Made by a program: the position numbers and the translations under genes. A DNA stretch of 64,000 nucleotides from positions 1,660,084 to 1,724,083 of the forward strand of contig MU056050.1 in NCBI GenBank assembly GCA_013239625.1, in the 5' to 3' direction. Positions 25,921-39,245 of this stretch are shown here, one piece after another. The notes beneath the pieces were generated by a model. That model saw only the letters and a program-made list of their open reading frames with translations. It did no database searches and was not told the origin of the DNA. Each line of letters begins with the position of its first letter. Position 1 is the first letter of the stretch. This DNA comes from Lama guanicoe (Eukaryota).

Positions 25921-28056
25921 GGAACCTGCCTAGAAATGTGAACCACTTCTAAATGGTTGGAATAAAATCACACAGCCAGTGTCTATTATATTGGAGAACA
26001 TATATACTTCCGAATCTGGCTGTTTTAACACTTATTTCAAACTTCAGCTCAACCTTAAAGTGTTCCCACTCTTGGTCATGTTTTCCTTTCTTTCTAGATT
26101 ACCCCAAAGTACTGACCACACACTGTGGCACTTGACTATATAGAGATTTGTATTCTTTATTTTTATCTTTGGAGATTCATGTCGTATCTCCAAAAAGATT
26201 ATGAACTCCTTGAGGGCAGCATTTGGCTTTTATGACCAACACAGCACCTAGGTAGGAGAGTGAAGCTTCTACTTGTTGAAGTCGTCTTCTCTGTCTTGCT
26301 TATGCTACAGACTCTGAAACTCAAATTTTTTTCTTCAAGATGGATGCCAGTGGGAGCATGATCCTTTCCATCAGTTCTGGAGGGACAGTCTTCTCCATTT
26401 CCTATTCCCCTTCATGCAAACAGGTATTAAATGAATCACACTATCACAGTAAATGGAAGTATTTTTATTATCTCAGGACTCTGATTTTCTAAAGTCAATC
26501 TGCCATTTTTATAACTCATGTCATTTTTGTATATAACAGCCCAAACAGCTTGAGAATGTGATCAAAGAAGGGGCATATCAGTAGATATTTTCATGATCCA
26601 AACGATGGCATAGCTACTATGTCAAGTCAATTTAAAAGCCTTGACCAAATTCACCAATGTTACTATTATTCCAACTAATAGCAGAGCCCTGAGGATTAAG
26701 AAGAGATTCATCTTTTTGATCATTTGCTTGTACTTTTCCTTGGCCTTAGGTCATAGGTTAATTAAGCAATTATGCAGGTACTAAAATAAACACAATAAGA
26801 AACACATACACACACACAGCTTCTACAGACTGCAGCTTTCTCAGAGTCTAACGAAATGTGAAGTCAGAATCAAGCATTTTTAGAGTGTCCTGGTTGACTC
26901 ATAAAAATTTTTATTTCCCTAAGAACGTTCAGGTCTTGCAGCTATATAGATAGCCCCAAATCTATACCTTCAACTGAAACACTGGATTTTTCACATCCCA
27001 CATAAGTAGATGTTCTTGCTTTCTATTTATATTACCATAAACCAGGTATAGGTTTTTCCCCCAAATCATCAACAAACCAAAGTGGATTCATTTGAGAAAT
27101 TTTGTTTCATTCTCACCATTAGATGGCTTGAGTACATGACTTCCAAAGGGCCTTCATCTTGTGATTCTTTCCTATCCATTCTATTCCTTTCACTGTGACC
27201 ATTACATTTTATGTGAAAGAGTCAAAGATAATGTCTTTCTTTGAGCAATTCTAAGATGTTAGGAAAAACAGGCAATTAGAACTTTAATACCTGCACAATT
27301 CAATTCCAAAGCACTTTAAACAACAGTGCTAAATTCACTATAGAAAAGCAAATGTTTATCTTAAATATGGTTTAATCCTCTTTTCCAGGAAGCTTACGTA
27401 ACAAAAACTACAGCTGGAGGCTATAGTGACCCATTTATAACCATAGTTGGATTTGTTACCAGGGAACCTGTCAAAATCAGCTTAGTTTGTTTGAATGGCT
27501 CATTCTGGCTCTCTGCACCTTTCTTCTCATTTGATTTTAGGAGCTCAAACTGGTTTAGTGATGCCAGCCAGGGGAAATGGTTTTCTTTGACTTTGCCAAC
27601 TCGGCAGGACTAGAATAAATGGAATGGATGGCTAGCCACATATTGTGATGTTTCAGGGGTTGTTCATTTGTGTCTTCCTCTCCATAGTGTTCTTTTAACT
27701 GAGACAGCTCTGGATTCCCTCCTCGAAGTTGACACTTTGGGATAAAACGAGTTGTACATCAAGCTCCATATGACATACAAATATCTCTCTTAAGGAATAA
27801 GTCAATGTGTTAGACTGATTATGGCTAACTAGCAGGAAGGAAAAGAAGGTAGGTTAGTGTGAGAGAATCAAATGCCAGCAATCAACCAAAATTTAGGTCA
27901 TCACACTTTGCCCCCTGCTTACAGGGAGGCAGGGCTAGACTCAAATTATGGCTGATATTGCTCTCATCTTTGTTCTTCAGAATTTGGTACCCTTACACTC
28001 CTTGCTCATGATTCATTTCTTTATTTATTAAATAGGATCATCCAATGACAACCTTC

Positions 28057-28545
28057 TGTATTGGTTTTGTATTGCTGTGCTACAAATTACTACAAATTTA
28101 CAGGCCTAAAACAATATTCATTTATTAGCTCAGTTCTGTAGGTCAGAGGTTCAGGCAGACTTGACTACATTCTCTATTCTGGGTCTCACAAGGCTGAAAT
28201 CAAGTTGTATTGGCCAGAATGGGCTCTTACCCGGAGTATATGGGGAAAAACTCACCTCCAAGCTCACTTAGATTGTTGGCAGAATTCAGTTCCTGTGGTT
28301 GTGGACTGAAGTTCCCATTTCCTTGAAGACTGTTGGATGGGGTGACTTCCAGCTCTCTCTGATCCTTTCACATGGTCCCCTCCACTTCAAAGCCAGTAGC
28401 AACATATGCATGGAAACTCTGACTTCCTCTTCTGCTACCAGCCTGAGAAGACTGCTTTTAAGGGAAGAGATTACGTGATTAGATTAGGTGCATCCAGATA
28501 ATCTCCCTTTGGCTATATAATGTACCATAGTCGAGGGGGTTACAC
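28057..28545 (-). mobile_element. MLT1E-like MaLR LTR
   Basis: tgtattggttttgtattgctg...gttggcagaattcagttcc...tccagataatctccct. Confidence 0.8.
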
Positions 28546-28547
28546 GA

Positions 28548-31330
28548 GGAAACTCTCATCTACCGCTGATGAGAATGAAAAATGACTGGAAAACACTTTG
28601 CAGTGTTTGCCAAATGACTGGGAAAAGCTTGGCACTTTTCTACAAAGCTAAACGTAAGCTTACCATTTGACACATTAATCATATTCCTAGATATTTACCC
28701 AACTATTATGAAAACTTATGTCCAGAGAAAACCTCTACATCAGTATTTATAACAGGTTTATTGATAATCACCAAATTCTGATAGAAACCAAGATGTGCTT
28801 CAATAGGTGAATGGATAAGCAAACCGTGGTATAAGCCATAAAATGGAAAACTGTTTACTGATAAGCAGGAATGTACTATCAATCCATATAACAATATGAA
28901 TGAAACTTAAATGCATATTGCTAAGTGAAAGAAGCCAGTCTGAAAAGGCCTTATACTGGATAATTCCATTTACATGTCATCCTGGACAGTAAACAGATGA
29001 GTGGCCATCAGGGGTTTATGCAGGAGTGAAGGTTAAACAGTTGAAGCACAAGGTACTTTCTAAAATGGTGAAACTATTCTGACTATTTAATGGTGGATAC
29101 ATGACACTATGCATTTGTCAAAATCCATCGAATTTTACAACACAAAGAGTGAATCTTAATGTATACAAATTAAAAAAAATAATTTAAGAGGGCAGAGATA
29201 CAAGGAAAGAGTGCACACTATAAGAGAATCTCACTGTATTAAAACAAATATGATATAACCTCACTGAAGCGGGGGTGGGGGAAGTGCTGACCTAAGTAAG
29301 TTTGAAAATGAGTGAAGACTAAAAGCAAAGGGAACTGTACATAAGCACTATACTCTACATAGTAAAGCTTTGTCCCATGTGAGTAAGGATTAGCAATTCT
29401 CATAGTGTTACTCATCATCCATTTACTTAACCATTAAATCTCAGTGTGTATGTGTATATATAGCAAGAGCCAGGTTTCTCACTGTTGTAGTTTACAGATA
29501 AGCAATGGGAGGAGGCTAGAATGATGCATTTGGTAACGGATTAGAGTTGGAGACATCAATATGAAATCATGTTTAGTTTAATACACATACAGGTGATTAC
29601 ACACAGAAATATTTATAGTTCTATGTATAAATACAGCATAGTACACACACATTTATTTCCTGGCACTATTAGCTAAGAGGACCTATAAGCAATTAACCCC
29701 AATAGCAATGAGCATACCTAGCATCAAGATTCTAGTTTCTGTGGAAATAAGTAAGGATCAACCAAATGAGAACTGGCAAAGGTTATTTATTCAGAGATTA
29801 CTATGGAGTCAGCCCCTATCACTTGCATTTTGGCAGAGACTCAAAAGCAGGCAAAAGAGTACGAAAGCTTTATAGTAGAAAAAAGGGGAAAGCTTCACCT
29901 ATGCCGATTGGAGGCTATCGTGATGTGGAAGCTACATGCAGGCAGGCTAACTAGAAGGAGTGCCCTATGTGATTAGTTAATCATGCATAGCCATAGTTGG
30001 CTCTTTCTGGATGGTTCTAAGCTGGAAGTGGGAATAAATATTAGGGAAGTTGTCAGTTATTGGTCAAGTCCTGGCCATTTGGGGCCAGTTGTTACAGGGG
30101 TTATTGTTTGGCTTCCTGAGCTGGTTTCTAGGCATAGCGGTCGGACTTCCTACAAGTCTGACTTGTAGATAGACTAGCTTCTGGGCTGATTACTGTAGAT
30201 AATGGGTTGTTTTGGGGAGGCTGATTGCTACAGGTCAGAGTTCCATTTTTATATATGGTTTGGTAACATCTCTTTGTATATTGTCTTTAATTGTTAATAC
30301 TATTCCATAATAAAAAGAACTAAAGCTCCTTGGACAAATGACTGATTATAGGACAAGGGCAAGAAATACACAAAATGAGCCTGGAGCATATGTTAGTGCC
30401 AGAAAGTAAGGGAGGGTTGATGATGATGATAGTCCCATAATGATAGTAATGTGTCAGAGGGACAACTGTAGGAGCTTCCAATGGCTAAAGCTGAAACAAT
30501 TTCAGCAACAAAATAAATATTAAATAAAAACAAGTATTGGATTATAACTCAAAAGTATAAAATAGATATCTCCAAGTCTATACTGATATAAATGACTGAA
30601 TAAATAAGTAAGTGGGGAGAATAGATAAAACCTATGTGCAAAATTCTGAATGATTTTATATACTCTTTTCTAAGGAGGTAGCATAAAATTCCCCACTCCT
30701 CAGTGTGGACTGCAAATGGTGACTTCCTTCCAAAGAAGTATGGAAAGGGGCAGAGGAAGGAGGACTTGACAATGAAGAAACCTGGCAAAAACTACTTCAG
30801 CCAGCTGATCACAGTTGACATCAACAGTAATAAATCATGTTGATAATATGTACCCTTGATATAATCTGATGAGAATGGCAATTTACATCTCTGGTTTTTA
30901 TCCCCAAAACATATAACCTCGGTCTAACAATAAGAACATCAGACAAATCCCAACTAAGTCAATTCTACAAAATACCTGACCAGTATTCCTCAAACTGTCA
31001 AAGTCATCAAAACCAAGGAAAGTACGAGAAACTGTCACAACCAAAAGAACTTAAGGAGACATGATGACTAAACACAAAGTGGGATCCTGGCTAGAAGCCT
31101 ACAATGAAAAAAGGGACATTAGATAAAAACTAAGAAACCCTGAATGAAGTAAGGACTTTACTTAATAGTGTACCAAAGTTGGTTTCTTTAGTTATGGTAA
31201 GTGCACTAGACTAATATAAGATGTTAACAATAGGGGAAATGGGTATGGGATATGTGAGAACTCTCTGTACTATCTTTACAACTTTTCTGTTAGTTGAAAG
31301 CTATTCTCAAATAAAAAGTTTATCTAAAAA
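28548..31330 (+). mobile_element. L1MC3/L1MD-like 3' region with long 3' UTR, split by an ERV LTR
   Basis: ctaagtgaaagaagccagtctgaaaagg...cctcactgaag...ctctctgtactatctttacaacttttctgt...aaataaaaagttt. Confidence 0.85.
29740..30290 (-). mobile_element. ERV1-class solo LTR (MER90/MER110-like; family uncertain)
   Basis: Interrupts contiguous L1 sequence; tttatt polyA signal near the left end; ggtcagagttccatttttatatatggtttgg near the right end. Confidence 0.65.
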
Positions 31331-31797
31331 ACACACTGTGAGCTATCTTTTAAGGACAAACAGAACAGCTTGCTGGACTCCAGTAGGCTACCTCTGATAT
31401 AACACAACCCCTGAGAAAGCAGAGACTCTGCTGGATTCCTCCAGGGTCAACAGGGTGGTTCTGCTGAACACCTGAGACAGGGGGATGAATAAAGCCCTTT
31501 GGGAGGGGTCCCACTCACTGCTGAGGTGAGACTGAGCAGTACACGGAGTGACTTTCAGGTGGGACAGGGTAGGGGAAAGAGTATTTTGATACAATAGTGC
31601 ATAGCAGTGTAGGAGACTACTTCTAAAGAAGCCCAGTTAGGACAGAAAGCTGCCTTTGGGGCCTTGTGGAGCAGATTATGTGGGTGCTAGTCAATGAGGA
31701 ACTGCACCTTGTAAGGACTACGTCTGGCAGATTGCATTTCAAGCTTTATAAACAGAAATTTAAAATATTAGCTTTTTAATTAAAGTGTCACAGAATG

Positions 31798-31932
31798 ATT
31801 TCTGGTGTAGAGCATGTCTCAGTCATACATATACATACATATATTTGTTTTCAAATTCATGCATTGCAAACTGACTATACTTCAATAAAAAAAAAAGAAA
31901 AGGGAAAAACAATCAAATTTTCTTTCCCCCCA
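31798..31932 (+). mobile_element. Tiny 5'-inverted L1 3' end
   Basis: 31798-31858 is antisense L1 3' UTR; 31861-31896 is the sense terminus with poly(A); candidate TSD 31782-31796/31933-31947. Confidence 0.8.
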
Positions 31933-31998
31933 AAAATGCAACAGAATAAAAGAAGATGGATTTGAGGGAGACCATTCCCATACTGGCATTAACTGAGC

Positions 31999-32018
31999 AT
32001 GTATGTATGTGTGTGTGT

Positions 32019-32056
<38 letters not shown>
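31999..32056. repeat. (TG)n(CA)n microsatellite
   Basis: Directly visible. Confidence 0.95.
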
Positions 32057-32059
<3 letters not shown>

Positions 32060-32584
32060 TCTGCCTTGATTGATAATTTGGGAATAAAAATGATAATCCA
32101 GTATAATTATTTTTTGTGGACCAGAAAGAATGCAGTTTTTGGAAATTATCTTTTCTGGGATATAGCCAGGATAAGTGCCCAGTTAGGAAACAGACACAGT
32201 GAGGGGAGGAAGGAGAGACCTGGCACAGAAAAATTAATCAACCTCACCTCTGGGGGATTAAGTCCTCCTTAGAGAAATCAGTCTCATAAAACACGATCTA
32301 GGGGAAAGCCCCGCATAAACCTCTGGTCTGATCTTTTCGCTTCCACTCTGGGCTGATAGCCAGATTGTTTTAAATCAATTGACTATGGACTCAAGTGGAA
32401 TTGGGCTTGTGGATTGTTTGAGATGAATAGGAAGTGTTTTATTAATCCATAACTCAGAACATATTTGTACAGTTTTATGGTTATCTTTTGGGGGGAAAAA
32501 ACTCCATTTCATATACATTATTTCACTTTGATTTTGACCCTTACAGCTGTAAGAAGTAGAAAGCAACTTTTATGGTGTTCATTA

Positions 32585-32715
32585 CAAAAAAATGAGAAAA
32601 CTGAGAAGAGATTTAGTCATTAGTTTTTAGGCAAGACAAACAGAAAGTTATGAACACGGACTTTAACTCTGGTTTCTTGACTCTCGGCCCAGTGCTTTTT
32701 TTTCTTCCAGTCTGC
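32585..32715 (-). mobile_element. MIR SINE
   Basis: atgagaaaactgag...ggactttaactctggtttcttgactc...ccagtgcttttt. Confidence 0.6.
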
Positions 32716-34439
32716 CTTGCTGCCTTTTATACATGTCCTGGGACCTGAATCTGACTGGCTTCATCTACATTCCAAGTTACCTTAAAGTTTCAGTGAAAAG
32801 ATTTTGTGTGAGCACACAATGCAGCCAGCAGTGATCCTTTATGTAACTGGAACTAAACTAGGAGGGGACTCATCTAGGCTATAGGCATGAAATGACACCT
32901 GAGTGTTTCCTCCTGTCAGCACTGCCTGTTACTTGAAGCAGCTCATAGCATCTCTGTCTATTGAGACCAATTTGAGGACAAATGGCTGACGATTTGTCGC
33001 AAGGACCTGGGTAAGATGCACTTTCAACCAGAAATGTCAGTGATATAAGGACTTTTTTTTTTGTATTGTCACCCTCATGAGTTGCAGCATAAGCTAAGTT
33101 GTCTCTCAGATTCCAAATCCGGAGACTTGGCATCAGGAAGACGTTCAGCATTTGAGTATTTGATCAATTAGATCCCAGTGATCTTGCTTTCAAAACACTC
33201 ATGGATTTTTGCTTAATTCATCTCCATCCTTTAACTGGACATTTTGTACCATGGAAGGTCAGGGTAAGGAGATGGTGAGGGGAGGCACAGCCCCTGTAAC
33301 TGGAGGTAGCACATCTCATCCCAATTACCAAACGGCTCCAGAACTCTTCTTTCCTTGGTCAAATGAGGGAAATAATCTGCACAGACAAGTTCAGCTGCGG
33401 GGAATGATGGCTGAATAAAATAAGTGAGCAAGAGTATCAACCCTAGCACTTAGAGTTAAACATTTAAAAAAGACCAAGTCTGGAGTGACTGACTTTATCA
33501 CTGTTGATATTATTTATATATTTAGTTCCAGAGATTTTAAATGTCTAATGTGGACACCCCAGACAGCAAGGCTATGTTTCACCACCCAAATGAGTTGATC
33601 TACTTAAACTACATTCCAAAGGAAATAGTTCAATAGCAACATGTAAGGAGATTTCAGTTTTTAACCAATTGTTTCAGCATCACTGAAGATAGCCAGCATA
33701 GTAATAAATTTAAAACTCATGTGGCTCTGGCTGGTGGAATTGCAGGTGGTTTAAAAAAAAATTGTTGTTTTTTCTAATTTTGGCCAATGAGTACATATTA
33801 CTTGTATGACTTTTTTAAATGTAAAAAGTAATGTAACACTCTATCATCAAATTATAGATCAGAAGATTTGGAAAACCTTAAAAGTTCTCAAAAAATCCTC
33901 TGCTCCATCCTCCTGTCTTCAGGCAGTCCTGAGTCAAATTTACTCAAGTGGTAGCTCTTGGGCTTACAAAGTACTTCATTGCTTAAACCCCTTTATTTTA
34001 CCAATGAAGCAGCAAAGAAGACCTAGGGCAGGTAAATAAGTTTGCTCCCAGGCACCTAGGTAGCTGTTGGCAGACAAAGATAGATCACTAAAACGTGACA
34101 CCAGTGCCACTTCGTCTTTTCTCCTCCTCCCCCTGCAGACCATTTACCACCAACTTTCTTACTATGATGTCACCTTCTTCAGGTCCATGTTTGAGGGGAC
34201 AAGTGGTTTGAAAATACTATAGCCCTGGAACACACTGTTTGGACAAGGTTCTATGTATCAGCCCCATCTGTATACATAAAGTAGCTTACATTACATGTAA
34301 ATACAAAGGTACCCCGCCCCCAAAAAGGAAAACAAAAACCCTGACAAAAAGTTTGCCCTCATCATGTTGCAAGTGCCTGAAATCTCCATCCTGTCATGCC
34401 TGTAGAGCCAAAGATACCATAGCTAATCATCCATAAGAA

Positions 34440-34975
34440 GTTAATTGAGAATAAACTATATGATAGGAACTACTTGTAGGATATGAGGATTCAGAGATGA
34501 AAGAACCGTGGCTCTTCCCCTTGAGGAGCTGACATAATAGCTATGAATAAAAGCAAGTAAAAAGGCTATTAAAAATTGTCATAGAGAAATAAGTCTTATC
34601 AGAATGCAGAGTAAAGTCATCTAACTCAGTAGGAGATACTCGTGAAGGCTTCTTGGAGGAAGTAACATCTCAGCTCTATTTTAAAGGATAAATTGGCAGG
34701 TAGAGTGGAGAAAGTTGGGAGAGACATCGTTAGCAAAAGAAACATGTAAAGGCTAAAATGGATTAGAGCACATGGTTCATTAAGGAGCTGAATGTATTTC
34801 AGCACAGTCAGAAGAAGGTGTGATGTAATGTGATAAAGACCATTGATGGTGGAAAGGTAAACAGGAGTCAAGTTAGAAAAGGCCCTGTGGACGATTTAAA
34901 GAGTTAGGACTCTCCCTAAAGATGTCTATAGCCACTGAGTGATTTTCAATAGGAGGATGCATTAGAATTGGGTTT
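34440..34975 (-). mobile_element. L2 fragment
   Basis: ccccttgaggagctgacat...gaaggcttcttggaggaagtaacatctcagct...agccactgagtgatttt. Confidence 0.75.
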
Positions 34976-36009
34976 ACAGCATTATGTTATCTGACAGGAC
35001 CTCCACACTATAACGCATCAGTGATTCCCAGCCAGGAGCTAGTAACTAATAAATGAGAACAAAATTAGGGACAGCAGGTCCAGGTCAGGTATAGTGAATA
35101 CTAACCAGGATTGAGTAATGGTTAAAATCCTGTTCATCTTTGGAATTGGATACACACACGCTCCTGTCTTTAGAATAGAACTCATCCCTCCCAATGGTAC
35201 ATTCCCCCCCCCTCTTGTGCCACCTCCTTTCTTTCTCCACTTCGAGTCCTGATAAGAAGCAAGCAAGCAGGGCCTCATAAAGGAGAACTTAACCAGATGT
35301 ATTTATTACCCCTATGCTAATACAGACTGAAATTAAAGAGTAGACCACTCATAAAGTCAGCTTGGCTCAACCTAGAGTCACACTGTCCCCATTGTTGCTT
35401 TCTCAGTTACACATTGGATTAATTACCTAGAAAGCCAGCCACTCTTAGTAAAAATGTAGTCTCTCCCATTTAGAGCTGAAATATATCCCATGAGACAGTA
35501 GAACCCCATTTGGGCATAGATGTTTAAAGTACGTTTACTCTTCAACCTTCACATCTAATTAGTAATCAGCGGGGCATATAACCAGCAATGGAACCTCTGC
35601 TAGCCCCCTCTCAGCCATTGACACAGCCTTTGGGCAGTAGTCAGGCTGAAAATAATACCACCTGCATTAATATTTAATTCTGATTTCCATCTGGAAGAGC
35701 TGTAAAAACTGCAGGTTAGCAGTTGTAGGAAGGAAGAAAAGAGTTCCGCTTCCAAATGTACTAAAGGTGGCCCTGATTTGAGAGAAACAGTGTGCCAGCA
35801 TTCAGGAAAATTCCAGATGAATAATTTGAGTGAGGGCATTTTCTACCTAAGTTAGCTAAGGAAGACTGTGGCACAAACACAGTGTTTTATATATTGCTTG
35901 TCGTAGTTCGCTGCCACTCATCCACATGTAATACATTTTCAGGAAAAGATCTCCATCTTCTAATAAAGTGCTTCAGAAAAGCAGTGAATGGTAATTAAGT
36001 GCTTAAAAG

Positions 36010-36190
36010 TAACTGGACTGGTGACACTTTGAGGTGCCATGGCAAAACTTGTACTTGGAACCAATGCTCTCAGTACCTCAATCAGTGACCTTGGGGAAGT
36101 TTCCTAAAATCTCTATAGACCTTTTTTTCTTCACCTATGAGATGTTGAAATGATTTAAAGGTGAGATAATAAATATTAAAATGTTAAATA
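36010..36190 (+). mobile_element. MIR SINE
   Basis: gtgaccttggggaagtttcctaaaatctct...ttcacctatga. Confidence 0.6.
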
Positions 36191-36361
36191 TATATATATA
36201 TACACACACAACATGTTGATGAAGGTCTGGATACAAGTGAATCATTGAATGAATCATGGAACTTGAGAGCTGGAAGAGATCTAAATGCTCATAAATTCAA
36301 CCCACTCCTTTTACATATAAGAAATTTGAATCCATAGAGGGAGAGTGACTTGCCCAATGTC

Positions 36362-36750
36362 AGTTTTCTACTGGGAACTTCCTCCCACTCAGTTTGACTC
36401 CCACTCCCACTCACCACTTTGCTTCATGTTCGTTAGAAAAGGGATAGGAAAGACAAACTTGGTACGAGAAAAATTAGGCAGAGAAAACAACACTTCCTGG
36501 AACACCACTCTGCTGCCTCACCACCAACCAATTAGAGAAAGGTCACACACCCTGCAGCCTATAAACTCCCCCCCAATTTTGCCTATAAAAACTCTTCCCC
36601 CCAAACCATCAGTGATTTCAGATCTTTTGAGCGTAAGCTGCTCATTCTCCTTGCTTGGCCCTCATGATAAAACTTTCTTTGCTCCAAACTCTGGCATTTC
36701 AGTTTGTTAGTCCTCATTGTGTGTCACTGCACATGAACTTGGGTTCAACA
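36362..36750 (+). mobile_element. ERV LTR fragment inserted in an antisense MIR (MIR at ~36260-36361 and ~36751-36810)
   Basis: CCAAT (~36528), TATAAAA (~36585), U5-like end ...aacttgggttcaaca; the MIR resumes after it. Confidence 0.55.
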
Positions 36751-37399
36751 AAACAAGCATGGCTGACTCCCAAAACCTATGTGCTCAGCTACCATGAAAT
36801 ACCACCTTCTTAGTTCAATCTGAACTGAATTTGCTTGTCCTTTCTCAACCTGTTTTGTAGGAATAACTGATGTTGCATATATGTCACTATCCAGGAAAAA
36901 GTCTCTCCCTGCCTACTGAGTATCAATCCAGTAAGAGGGATTCCAAGCAGGACACCATTCAGTTTCAACACATGACCCTAAAAGCTGATGAGTTAGCATG
37001 GAAAAGGACACGAATGCTGGGACTGTAAGGTTCACAGAGGCCGGCCCAACAGACTGACCCCACGTAATTTTAGAGCTTATCTGAAGCTCGGCATATCAGA
37101 GAGCATTCGGATGTCTTGGGAATTTGAACACAAACAGCCACAGAAAACACTGAATCTTGGTCATAAATTTCAAATCCACATGTCAAGCTGTCACCTCAGG
37201 GAACACAGTACTTGTATCAGTCCAGGTGTGCCTGTTGACAATGGTATTTTCTTGAGAAAGCAAGCAGGCAAGAAATTATTTAATCCAGACAAGCCACCCA
37301 TAAACTCTAGGAGGAAGATGTGAAATTTATTTGTGCCTGGAACTTTATTAAAAGCACTGGGGGGGTCATAGGATGACTGTTGCACACAATAATAATTAC

Positions 37400-37600
37400 A
37401 TATTTATTGATGCTACCCTTGACAGTTTCCAAAGAGCTTTTACCTATATTACCTCAGTTTAAGCTTTTAACAGCTGCTGGTGGAAAACAGATGAAGAAAC
37501 CAAGTTCCTGGGTGTGAGGGCCAGTAAGAGGCACAGCCTTAACTAGTCAGTACCCAGATCTTCTAACTCCCAGTCCAGTGTTCTCTTCTCCAGATCACGC
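37400..37600 (-). mobile_element. MIR SINE
   Basis: acagtttccaaagagctttt...acagatgaagaaacc...cccagatcttctaactcccagtccagtgttct. Confidence 0.7.
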
Positions 37601-38443
37601 AACATACCTGGTGATTTCTCTGTGGAAGCTTTGCATTAATTATATCCAGGCATATTCAAGTTTGATCATCACCATGTGCTACCAAAGTTTTCTTCACAGA
37701 AGTGACACAGCTATACTCTTAACTGGAGCGATGGAAGTAGTACTGCAAACACCTTGCTCCAGATTTGTGTTTCCACCAGTCTGACCCAGGACCTTATGTT
37801 TCCTTATTTAGTTAAGCCATGGGAGGAGAACCACAAGAAATAGACAGTAACTCCATATCATAAATCAATATAACCAGTTAGCTACAGTATCCCAGCAATA
37901 TCTTAAAGACTGAGCCATTAGACATATATATTTTAATGGGAGAAAAGGCATGGAAAGGAGGAAAGACAGGTCAGCTTTGAATAAAGAGCCCCAGTCAAAG
38001 AGCCTAGGTGTCCTGAAGACAATATGGAAACACACAATACCTGTAGCAGGAAAAGCAGAATACGTGATGGGATGAAGGATAAGAGGAGTGAAAAACACGA
38101 AGGGTGAAAGAAAAAAGGGTTTAGGAGTTTAAACCATGACTGACCAACTTTGCTTTGGGCTAACTATGATGGAAAAAAAAAAAGTTCTACCTGATGCAAA
38201 ACACATTAAAATGAGTTTGCAAAGACAAAATATTGTTTGTAAATACCACAAAAAAAAGAAAAGAAAAAAGTCTTAGCTTTCCAACATACTCCAGTATGTT
38301 ACCCACAGAAGATGGAACTGGTTTTCTAGAAAGCTAATGAGCTACTAAATGGAGGGTGTAAACTGCAAATGATGCCAATCAGGAGTGTTAATGGGAAACC
38401 ATGCTGCATGTTGTTTTTTTCATTCCATCCCTGAGTTAAATTT

Positions 38444-38493
38444 TATATATATATATATATATATACACATATATATATGTATATATATATATA
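38444..38493. repeat. (TA)n microsatellite
   Basis: Directly visible. Confidence 0.95.
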
Positions 38494-38619
38494 CGAAAAT
38501 AGTAAGGAGTTTGATAACAACAACAGTTACAAATGATAACAAGAACATTATAGGCTGTTTTTAGCTTCTTTAATTCTTTAAATGTTCCATGGTGGTAACT
38601 GCAATTTGGTCAATAATTG

Positions 38620-39245
38620 TGACACAGGAGGGAAGGGGGCAGGGCACAAGCACTGAAGGAATGGCACAGCAATTGAGGACAGGACACACTGGTTAGAACC
38701 AAGATGGCAGAAAATTCGACTTCCAGTAGACCTTGAGACTCATTATAGGCTTATTGTAATATATTAGCATACTAAATGACACACCCACAGGCACCATGAC
38801 AGTTCTCAGTCTGACCATAAAAGGCCAAAAAGTAGGCGGGGGCCCAGTTCATGTAAATCCCTGCCCCTTCCTCAAATTAGTTGGAATAACCCTCCTACTC
38901 CTTAGCATATGAAATTACCAAGCCCATAAGAACTAACAAGTGTTCACCTCATGGTTGCTCTCTGCCTTGCTTTGATAGCCCACAGTCTGCCTATGGAGTG
39001 TGTATCTGCTTTTACTTTAAACTAAACACGCCCACACCTCTCAGTCGCTCTCCTTCCCGCATTCTGAGATGGCCCGCATTCTGCCTATGGAGTGTGTATC
39101 TCCTAAGCTGCTCTGCCTTCTGAGTGAGACAGACCTGACTCTGTCTATGGAGTGTGCCTCTCCCTGCATAAACTTACTCTCACTTTACTATATCTCACGC
39201 TTGATTTCTTTCCTGCGCGAGACAAGAACCTATTCTCTGGCAACA
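38620..39245 (+). mobile_element. MER41-like ERV1 solo LTR
   Basis: TG..CA termini, perfect 4-bp TSD attg; ccaagatggc, attagcatactaaatgacacacccac, ctgcctatggagt, ttctttcctgcgcgagacaagaacc are MER41-like motifs. Confidence 0.85.

Noticed and set aside
28580..28640. ~30-bp imperfect tandem duplication (aaatgactgg...)
   Set aside because: Local slippage inside an old L1; only two units, no array structure.
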